From: Patescibacteria group bacterium
Lineage (GTDB): Bacteria; Patescibacteriota; Patescibacteriia; Patescibacteriales; JBAZCA01
Length of the DNA stretch: 64,000 nucleotides
Direction: 5' to 3'
Assembly (NCBI GenBank): GCA_041661405.1
Contig: JBAZUL010000005.1
Location: forward strand, 3,164 to 67,163
Part shown: piece by piece, positions 26,994 to 33,265 of the stretch
How positions within the stretch are numbered: position 1 is the first letter of the stretch
Layout: every line of letters starts with the position of its first letter
The notes under the pieces: model-generated
Told to the model about the DNA's origin: nothing
The model's database searches: none
Seen by the model: only the letters and a program-made list of their open reading frames with translations
Program-made: the position numbers and the translations under genes

Positions 26994-27203
26994 TCACTCA
27001 TCCCAGTTTTCATTATCTGGGAGATCGTTATCCCGCGCCTCCTCCTCCAGAGGAGGCGCTTTTTTCTCCTCAACGGTTCCCTCGGACGCCCGAGGAGATT
27101 TAGGCGCCCGAATTTCGGTCGGTGCATTCAAGCAGCGAATGCACCGACCGGTGTCCTGATTCAAGTGCCCGCCATCGCCTGACGGGCAAAAAATAAAAGA
27201 CAT
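26994..27203 (-). CDS. GC-rich small ORF A (69 aa), Cys/His N-terminal half and acidic tail
   Basis: The SD and start read GGGGAGGTGAGAGATG. First-position G periodicity suggests coding. It contains perfect 13-bp (27117-27129/27137-27149) and 10-bp (27035-27044/27050-27059) palindromes. GC is about 55 percent by hand count. Confidence 0.5.
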   Translation of the reverse strand: MSFIFCPSGDGGHLNQDTGRCIRCLNAPTEIRAPKSPRASEGTVEEKKAPPLEEEARDNDLPDNENWDE

Positions 27204-27335
27204 CTCTCACCTCCCCGGCGGCCCATCCTTGCGGCCGCCTTTTTGATTATTAATGCCACCGAACAAAAAACCAGAAACCAATTCTTATTGATTTCCACTT
27301 TCTTGTCCACTGCTATTTTTAAAAGGAACAAAATT
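27204..27335 (-). promoter_or_regulatory. leader of sORF A (paralogous to the leader of sORF B)
   Basis: Shares with 27633-27766 the AATTTTGTTCCTTT box, a 17-bp hairpin (27261-27277/27292-27308), TTAAYAA..AAAGGCG and a GC hairpin abutting the SD. Confidence 0.55.
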
Positions 27336-27419
27336 ATATAAATTCTGTTATTAGAATTGGAACCCGGAGACGTTCCTGAAAGATAGAACACATCTTCCAA
27401 AAGCTTCTCCGGGGCACCG

Positions 27420-27632
27420 CTATTCGTCAACGAGGCCGAGTACTTCGGCCACGGTCTCGCTGACCGTGGTTGGCCAGTAAACTATCAGAATAGCGGCCTC
27501 AACCGGCGTAAAAGCCGGCTGAATTTCTTCGTGACCCCGGTCATCCGGAACCACAATCCCCCCGATTTCCGGGGGTAAGGGGCGTGTTGTTCTCTGCCGG
27601 CACCCCTCGCCGGCGGACTCATTATTAAACAT
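27420..27632 (-). CDS. GC-rich small ORF B (70 aa)
   Basis: The SD and start read GGAAAGGAGAGGAGATG. It contains several perfect internal hairpins, for example CCACGGTCagcgaGACCGTGG. It may be coding or a structured RNA. Confidence 0.45.
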   Translation of the reverse strand: MFNNESAGEGCRQRTTRPLPPEIGGIVVPDDRGHEEIQPAFTPVEAAILIVYWPTTVSETVAEVLGLVDE

Positions 27633-27766
27633 CTCCTCTCCTTTCCGGCGCGCCCCTATCCGAGAGGGGGCAACGCCTTTGTTAATTCCAACGAACAGGA
27701 AACCGGAAACTAAACGCGTTTACTTTCCGCTTTCCTGTCCGCTGATCATTTTAAAGGAACAAAATT
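27633..27766 (-). promoter_or_regulatory. leader of sORF B (paralogous to the leader of sORF A)
   Basis: The hairpin at 27693-27709/27724-27740 aligns with that of leader A. It differs at four stem positions where G-C pairs in B replace A-U or G-U pairs in A, so pairing is kept. Confidence 0.55.
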
Positions 27767-27799
27767 ATTGAAAGGGATTAACGCAATCTAATCCATTTT

Positions 27800-28693
27800 T
27801 TATGTAAATAATCCCGTACTCAAATACTTCTCCCCTCTATCCGGAAAAATCGTTACTATGTTCCCTTTATCAATTTTTTCCGCAATTTTTAAGGTCGCGA
27901 GCATGGCGGCGCCGGACGACATGCCGACAAAAATCCCTTCTTCGGCAATAATTCTCCGCGCCATCCTAAAAGCCTCTTCCGTGTCAATCATAATAACATC
28001 GTCCAATTTTTCGCAGTCATAAATCTCCGGGACAATCGCCTCTTCCATGTTTTTTAATCCCTGGATGTAGTGCTCCTTAACCGGTTCAGCCGAAACGATT
28101 TTCACCGCCGGATTTTTCTTTTTTAAATAAGCGCCAATACCCATGAGCGTTCCCGACGTTCCGAGGGCGGCGGTAAAATAATCAATCTTCCCGCCCATGT
28201 CGCGCCAGATTTCCCGAGCCGTTGTTTCGTAATGGGCGATCTTATTATATTCGTTGCTAAACTGGTTCGGGTTAAAATATTTATCCGGATTTTCCGCCGC
28301 GAGCTCCCTTACTTTCATTATAGCTCCGTCCGTGCCTTTTGTCTTGTCAGTTAAAATTACTTCCGCGCCGAACGCTTTAATCATCTTAATCCGTTCCGGA
28401 GAAACCGCCGCGCTCATTACTATTTCAACCCTATAGCCGCGCGCCGCCCCAATCATGGCGAGCGCGATTCCGGTATTGCCGGAAGTCGCTTCAATAATAA
28501 TTTTTTCCTTATTAAGCTTCCCTTCTTTTTCTCCCTGTTCCAGCATTTTTAAGGCGATCCGGTCTTTTATGCTTCCGCCCGGATTAACACCCTCAATTTT
28601 AGCGTAAATATTCACGCCCTTTTTTTTATTCAGTTTATTGATTTTTACCATCGGCGTCCGGCCGATTGTATCAAGGATGTTGTTATAAATCAT
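27800..28693 (-). CDS. cysK: cysteine synthase (O-acetylserine/O-phosphoserine sulfhydrylase)
   Basis: 297 aa with PGGSIKDR (PLP lysine region), TSGNTGIALA and GTSGT motifs. Confidence 0.9.
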   Translation of the reverse strand: MIYNNILDTIGRTPMVKINKLNKKKGVNIYAKIEGVNPGGSIKDRIALKMLEQGEKEGKLNKEKIIIEATSGNTGIALAMIGAARGYRVEIVMSAAVSPERIKMIKAFGAEVILTDKTKGTDGAIMKVRELAAENPDKYFNPNQFSNEYNKIAHYETTAREIWRDMGGKIDYFTAALGTSGTLMGIGAYLKKKNPAVKIVSAEPVKEHYIQGLKNMEEAIVPEIYDCEKLDDVIMIDTEEAFRMARRIIAEEGIFVGMSSGAAMLATLKIAEKIDKGNIVTIFPDRGEKYLSTGLFT

Positions 28694-28875
28694 ACAAATA
28701 AAATCCGTCCCTTTTGAGGACGGTTTCTTTTTTACAGTCTGCTGTTCATGGGTTTTTTAACTTTCAGACTTAGACTTTTGACTTATGGGAAACCATCCTT
28801 AAAACCGGCTTGCTACCCGAGCCGCCGCATCCGCCTGAAAGAGACATTTTAAAGATGGTTATGTTCATAATTATA
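28694..28875 (-). promoter_or_regulatory. structured cysK leader of about 180 nt (candidate riboswitch or attenuator, class unknown)
   Basis: A 14-bp P1-like helix (28790-28803/28846-28859, one G-U) encloses a GC-rich core. An AAGTC word array follows, then hairpin CCGTCC..GGACGG (28705-28723) plus a U-run 11 nt before the ATG. Promoter-like TTGACA/TATAAT elements lie at about 28880-28915. Confidence 0.4.
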
Positions 28876-28961
28876 TGCTAAATAATTTTTACTCAACTGT
28901 CAATAGCGCCGAGCGCGAGAGAGAGGCGTCCCGTAGCCGCCCCGCATTTTGCGGGGCGGGA

Positions 28962-29600
28962 CTAGGCGCGCGGGGCTGCTTTGGTGATTGATCTGAACAA
29001 ACTATCAACCGTATAACCCTTTTCCATCTGCGCGTAATAATCAATGGTTATATCCGCGAGCTTTTCATAACGCCCGGTTCGGTATTTTAATAATTCCGGA
29101 TAGCATCTTTTTAAGGCTAAAACCGGGTCTTCGCCGGGATTAGCATTATACGACTTACCCCAAAGTATCGGTTTTGGATTGTCAAAATATTGTTTAATTT
29201 TTTTCTCAATCACCGTTTCCGGCGTATCAAAATAAATTATTTTGGTCAGCTTTTTCATCCTGGCTATCAATTTTTCAGCCAAATAAGCAACGCTTCCGGT
29301 CGTGTCAATTACAATATTTTCTCCTGCCCCGTTTTCAACGGCGTCCAGCGCTTTTTGCAGATTCTCCGCTTCCAATTCAAGATAACGACGGCTGTTCTCG
29401 GCGCATCTTCCATCATAAGGCTGTCCGAGCCAGCGGCTCATGTCTTTAATCCCCGAATAGCCGAGTTTTTTCAGTTCCGATTCCAGTCCGGCCTCAATCA
29501 TGTCATCAATACCGAACCTTTTAAATCCTTTTTCTTTTTCCAATTTTCCCGACCAGAACGATTTTCCGACTCCGGACATGCCGATTAAAGAGATAAACAT
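28962..29600 (-). CDS. shikimate-kinase-like P-loop kinase of unknown substrate (paralog of the aroK domain at 40964)
   Basis: From MFISLIGMSGVGKSFWSGKLEKEKGF (Walker A) through GIDDMIE and IDTTGSV, the layout is SKI-family. It is the last gene after thrC. The track start at 29651 adds 17 hydrophobic residues. Confidence 0.65.
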   Translation of the reverse strand: MFISLIGMSGVGKSFWSGKLEKEKGFKRFGIDDMIEAGLESELKKLGYSGIKDMSRWLGQPYDGRCAENSRRYLELEAENLQKALDAVENGAGENIVIDTTGSVAYLAEKLIARMKKLTKIIYFDTPETVIEKKIKQYFDNPKPILWGKSYNANPGEDPVLALKRCYPELLKYRTGRYEKLADITIDYYAQMEKGYTVDSLFRSITKAAPRA

Positions 29601-29675
29601 ATTTCTAAGCAAACAGTAAATAATAAACAGCGAACAGTATCTTTTAACCACTGCTTACTATTTACTGTTTATTGG

Positions 29676-30959
29676 TTACTGGTTGCTTAATAATATCTTT
29701 TTTACTTCCTCATAATCATTCTTAACGCAAATCTTTCTTTTCTCCAGCTTCGCTAAATTAGCAATCTCTTTAGAGTCGTCAACTTCAATGCCGGTGTGCT
29801 TTTTTATTACGTCAGCGAACTTTATTGGCGAGGCCGTGGAAAAAATAACTTTGGTATAATCATTAGAACCTTCTTTTTCCGCTCCGGCAAAAGCCACGGC
29901 CGTATGCGGATCAAGCAAGTATCCGTATTTTTCGTAAACTTTTTTTATTATAGCCGCTGTTTCCGCGTCTTCCACCCTTTCGGCTTTAATTACTTTGCGG
30001 AATTCTTCCGGGTCATTATTGAATACTTTTTGGATGCGGATAAAATTGCTCGGGTTGCCGATGTCCATGGCGTTGGAAAGGGTCGCGACCGTCGCCCGCG
30101 GTTTAAACTCTCCTGTCTCGTAATATTTTTTCGCCGCGTCATTAGCGTTGGTAACGGCTAAAAACCGGCTGAAAGGAAATCCCATTTCCCTAGCGAAAAC
30201 TCCGGCGCAAAGGTTGCCGTAATTGCCGCAAGGCACGACGAATTCCAGCTTCTGATCAGCCAGTTGGGAATAGACATAAGCGTAATAAACCATTTGCGGG
30301 AGGAGCCGGCCGACGCTTATGGAATTAGCCGCCGTAAGGTTTAATTCTGCTAAGTCCGGATCATTAAACGCCCGCTTAGCGAACGCCTGGCAGTCGTCAA
30401 AAACGCCTTCAATTTCTATTGTCGTTACATTCGGTTCTACGCGGGTTAACTGCTCTTCCTGCAGTTTGGAAACCATGCCTTTGGGATAAAGGATGATGAC
30501 TTTCACGTTCGGTACGCCGCCGAAGCCGTGCGCTACAGCGCCGCCCGTATCGCCCGAAGTCGCGACTAAAATCGTCGCGGTCCGGTTTTCTTTTAGAAGG
30601 ATCCGGCCCATGAACCGCGCGAGAACCCGCGCCGCCACGTCCTTAAACGCGAGCGTCGGACCATGGAACAGCTCAAGCACCTGGTAATCGCCGATCTTTT
30701 TCAAAGGCAGGGGAAAATTTAAAGCCTCAGCCATTATTTCCCGGAGTTCGGCTTCGCTAAAATCATCGCTAACCCATTTTAAAAGCGTTTTTGCCGCGGC
30801 TTCGGCCAAAGGCTTTCCTTTTAAATTTTCCAGCTCTTTTGCCGTTAATTTTGGAAAAAATTCGGGAAAATAAAGCCCCCCGTCCGGGGCGAGGCTTTTT
30901 AGCATGGCTTCCCGGAAGGTTGCTTTTGGCGATTTTCCGTTCAGGCTGTAAAAATTCAT
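29676..30959 (-). CDS. thrC: threonine synthase
   Basis: 427 aa. The N-terminus FREAMLKSLAPDGGLYFP, the PLP-lysine region FHGPTLAFKDVA and SGDTGGA fit the long ThrC class. Confidence 0.9.
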   Translation of the reverse strand: MNFYSLNGKSPKATFREAMLKSLAPDGGLYFPEFFPKLTAKELENLKGKPLAEAAAKTLLKWVSDDFSEAELREIMAEALNFPLPLKKIGDYQVLELFHGPTLAFKDVAARVLARFMGRILLKENRTATILVATSGDTGGAVAHGFGGVPNVKVIILYPKGMVSKLQEEQLTRVEPNVTTIEIEGVFDDCQAFAKRAFNDPDLAELNLTAANSISVGRLLPQMVYYAYVYSQLADQKLEFVVPCGNYGNLCAGVFAREMGFPFSRFLAVTNANDAAKKYYETGEFKPRATVATLSNAMDIGNPSNFIRIQKVFNNDPEEFRKVIKAERVEDAETAAIIKKVYEKYGYLLDPHTAVAFAGAEKEGSNDYTKVIFSTASPIKFADVIKKHTGIEVDDSKEIANLAKLEKRKICVKNDYEEVKKILLSNQ

Positions 30960-30974
30960 AAAATCCTAAAAAAT

Positions 30975-31020
30975 GCAAAAATACTAAATTTCGTATTTCG
31001 CATCTTTCGTATTTCGTAGA
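30975..31020 (-). repeat. ACGAAAT-word array in the thrC leader
   Basis: Plus-strand (A/C)TTTCG occurs at 30988, 30995, 31004 and 31011. Confidence 0.6.
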
Positions 31021-31021
31021 G

Positions 31022-31435
31022 TTATTTCTTCTCGTCTTTATTTAATTTATAATTAAAACTCTCAACGAGCGCGATCCAGCTGGCTTCTATAATATTTAAC
31101 GACACTCCGGCCGTTTCCCAACTGTCTTTTCCGTCGGTTGATTCAATCGCTACCCGGACTTTGGCCGCGGTGCCGTCGTTTGAAGGAAGCACCCGGACTT
31201 TGTAATCCGTCAGTTTCATCTTTTTTAAGCCCGGATAAACCCTTTCCAGAGACATTCTTAAAGCGTTATTTAAAGCGTCAACCGGCCCGACCCCGGCCGC
31301 CGTATTCCTTTCTTTATCAGCGCCAACTTTTATCCCGACCTCAGCCTCGGCCGTTGGTTCGCCCCAGTCCCGCTCTTTATGGACGCTCACCCGGTAATCC
31401 ATGAGCTCAAAGAATTTTTTTTCTTTGTTAGGCAT
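31022..31435 (-). CDS. stand-alone LeuA_dimer-type (IPMS/citramalate synthase C-terminal allosteric) domain protein
   Basis: The 137-aa sequence ...AEAEVGIKVG...AAGVGPVDALNNALR...LTDYKVRVLPSNDGTAAKVRVAIESTDGKDSWETAGVSLNIIEASWIALVESFNYKL closely matches the regulatory domain of CimA/LeuA. No catalytic barrel is present. Confidence 0.75.
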   Translation of the reverse strand: MPNKEKKFFELMDYRVSVHKERDWGEPTAEAEVGIKVGADKERNTAAGVGPVDALNNALRMSLERVYPGLKKMKLTDYKVRVLPSNDGTAAKVRVAIESTDGKDSWETAGVSLNIIEASWIALVESFNYKLNKDEKK

Positions 31436-31566
31436 ATTATTTAGAGTTATTATCCCCTTGTAATATTAATCTAGCACATACTCCTAAAAATTCAATCCTC
31501 AACCCTTAACTAATCCGTCTTCCAAATTTTCCCTGTCATGCCTATGGATAAGGTAAAAGTTGAGGA

Positions 31567-31610
31567 GAAGAGGAAGAGATCGGCTTTTTCGCGTCCGTCT
31601 CTTCCTCTTC
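31567..31610 (-). terminator. 13-bp perfect hairpin after sORF63 (terminator-like)
   Basis: GAAGAGGAAGAGA at 31567-31579 pairs with TCTCTTCCTCTTC at 31598-31610. Only a weak U-tract follows on the minus strand. Confidence 0.45.
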
Positions 31611-31629
31611 CCGGGAGGGGCGAGGGCGA

Positions 31630-31821
31630 CTAAAATCCGCCGCCCTCAACCCCGGCTTCCAAACAGATCGCGCGCGCGCCACCCAGTTGGGCGGCGACGT
31701 GCTTGTGGCCGCCACAAAGGCAAGCCACAACCTGCTTGGAAGGGGGTTTTCCCTCCCTTTCCAAGTGCTCCCGGAGGAGGCGAATTGCCTCCTCCAAGGA
31801 TGGTTTTTCTTTGGGGGTCAT
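31630..31821 (-). CDS. GC-rich small ORF (63 aa)
   Basis: The SD and start read GGGAAAGGAGGTGATAACATG. First-position G periodicity is visible. Internal perfect palindromes include a 9-bp one at 31773-31781/31787-31795. Confidence 0.5.
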   Translation of the reverse strand: MTPKEKPSLEEAIRLLREHLEREGKPPSKQVVACLCGGHKHVAAQLGGARAICLEAGVEGGGF

Positions 31822-31972
31822 GTTATCACCTCCTTTCCCCCGAATTTGAAAAAAACAATAAATCTCCTATACAACCCCAGCCTCTTCTAAACTTAATCTT
31901 GTCCTCCGTAGCCTTGGCAAAGGAGGAAAAGGCCAAAGTAATATCCGCGATTTTTTTGAAAGAACATTAAAC

Positions 31973-31999
31973 AAAAATACCGCCCCGGTTGCGGGCGGC
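31973..31999 (-). terminator. attenuator terminator of the Thr/Ile/Met-rich leader
   Basis: The minus strand reads GCCGCCCgcaaccgGGGCGGTATTTTTG. Its 5' arm (31989-31999) is perfectly complementary (11 bp) to 32055-32065 inside the leader ORF. Confidence 0.6.
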
Positions 32000-32027
32000 T
32001 TTCAACTTTTCTTCTAACTTTCAGCTT

Positions 32028-32138
32028 TTAACTTTGAACTTTTAACTTTGTTCTGCCGCCCGCAATTAAAACCCCGGTCATAATAATTCCGGTCATCATC
32101 ATAATGGTCTTAATTGTGGTGGCAATAAATTTCATCAT
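32028..32138 (-). CDS. 36-codon leader peptide rich in Thr, Ile and Met (alternative reading: small hydrophobic peptide)
   Basis: Own translation gives MMKFIATTIKTIMMMTGIIMTGVLIAGGRTKLKVQS. It is below the ORF-track size cutoff. It is preceded by TTGACA-17-TTAAAT, with the ATG 6 nt after the -10 (leaderless geometry). Confidence 0.5.
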   Translation of the reverse strand: MMKFIATTIKTIMMMTGIIMTGVLIAGGRTKLKVQS

Positions 32139-32144
32139 GCTTAT

Positions 32145-32173
32145 ATTTAATCAAACATAGCCAAGGCTGTCAA
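32145..32173 (-). promoter_or_regulatory. sigma70-like promoter for the Thr/Ile/Met leader
   Basis: On the minus strand, TTGACA (32173-32168), a 17-nt spacer and TTAAAT (32150-32145). Confidence 0.5.
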
Positions 32174-32219
32174 CAATGGCGGGCGTGGCTGACTTTCTTT
32201 CTTTGAGCTAAAATTAACT

Positions 32220-32450
32220 TTACTGTTTCAAGCTCCCCCGTTTTCCATAAGCTCTTATTGCCTCGTCTTTTTCTTCTTCAGTGGTTATTCCTTCATTTTT
32301 GCTTTCTTCATTAACCCGCTTTATCCCGCGAGCTTCCATGCACCCAGGATGCATGCAAGCCTCGGTACAGGTGAGCGCCTCTTCTTTTTTCCCAACTTCT
32401 CCAGTCATCGGTTGTTCTTCGCCGACAATCTCTTTTGGTTTCTCATTCAT
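32220..32450 (-). CDS. small ORF D (76 aa), Glu/Lys-rich with a CTEACMHPGC motif
   Basis: ORF with a TATAAT-containing upstream region. The Cys motif is encoded by an 11-bp near-palindrome, GCTTGCATGCA..TGCATGGAAGC. Confidence 0.4.
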   Translation of the reverse strand: MNEKPKEIVGEEQPMTGEVGKKEEALTCTEACMHPGCMEARGIKRVNEESKNEGITTEEEKDEAIRAYGKRGSLKQ

Positions 32451-32613
32451 ATAATTAGTTTATTATTAAATCCCTATCTTATTTTTGATTATAGCTAACA
32501 GCCGGACTTTTGAAAAGAGGCGCAAGAAAATCTCCCGCGCGGAATGGGAGAATGAATGGGATAAATGAACGCGTGCTTCAACTATCCATCCGCGCGGATT
32601 TGCCTTGCCAAGG

Positions 32614-32859
32614 CTATTTGGCTTTTTCCTCCTTGATAATTCCGAGTTCAAGATGACGAGCCCGATACATCTCACTTACCGGGTTCACCTCCTGCTCCCG
32701 GGCAGTCTTCGCCCGGTCGCAGTCCCTTTCCGAGTGCGCCCTCTCAAAGCGGCGCACCAGTTTTTCTTTTTCGGCCTGACTCAGCATATTGCCGAACTGG
32801 CCGATCTCCAGCCCGCACCTACTACAGCAGACTGGAACAAAAAAACTTATTGAAACCAT
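32614..32859 (-). CDS. GC-rich small ORF C (81 aa), with an N-terminal CCSRCG motif
   Basis: The SD and start read GGGGAGGAAGAGATG, preceded by a GC hairpin and a TTAACAA..AAACGGGCGG box homologous to the leaders of sORFs A and B. Confidence 0.5.
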   Translation of the reverse strand: MVSISFFVPVCCSRCGLEIGQFGNMLSQAEKEKLVRRFERAHSERDCDRAKTAREQEVNPVSEMYRARHLELGIIKEEKAK

Positions 32860-33094
32860 CTCTTCCTCCCCGGCAACCCTCTCACGGGCCGCCCGTTTGT
32901 TGTTAACAAATACTTTGCCCTCGCCAACTTTCTGATTTCTATCGCAACGATTCGCGCTTTAATTAGATCCTTCTCCCGAGGACTCGGGATCAGGATGACA
33001 AATAAAGGGAAACATAAATAGAAAGCATAAAGCTGGCAAGGACTATGCTGAATTTGAAAGAGCGGACTGATATATTAATTATACTTGATTAAAT

Positions 33095-33180
33095 CAGTAT
33101 TCCGCGACATTCGTGCCATTCGTTTCTATTCGCGCAAATTCGCTTGCCTCGGCTTGCCAAAGGCAAGACGGGTTAATTCG
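33095..33180. repeat. phased CGAAT-word array around a GC hairpin
   Basis: Plus-strand ATTCG occurs at 33109, 33118, 33128, 33138 and 33176 (spacing 9, 10 and 10 bp, then 38). The hairpin CTTGCCaaaGGCAAG lies between. Confidence 0.7.
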
Positions 33181-33189
33181 TGTATTTAC

Positions 33190-33220
33190 AAAAACCGTCT
33201 CCCCTTTTCCCTGAGACGGC
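33190..33220 (-). terminator. rho-independent terminator of the pheA-tyrA operon
   Basis: The minus strand reads CCGTCTCagggaaaagggGAGACGG followed by TTTTT. It begins 46 nt after the tyrA stop. Confidence 0.75.
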
Positions 33221-33265
33221 CTGCGTTGTAATTGGAATATATTATAAATAAAATATAACAATCTG

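Noticed and set aside
26897-27127. Alternative-frame ORFs in island 1 (26897..27127 minus, 26909..27103 plus, 27161..27430 minus)
   Set aside because: They have no SD. They overlap the better-supported sORF A or its leader hairpins, and open frames are expected by chance in GC-rich sequence.
31542-31970. ORFs 31560..31970 (+), 31542..31730 (-) and 31687..31890 (+)
   Set aside because: These are Arg/Pro/Gly-rich off-frame or antisense readings of the GC-rich sORF63 region. None has a start context comparable to that of 31630..31821.
26879-33265. Interpretation of the sORF islands as integron gene cassettes with attC sites
   Set aside because: There is no integrase. The hairpins after the ORFs lack the RYYYAAC/GTTRRRY core sites, and the cassettes carry their own promoter-like and SD signals.
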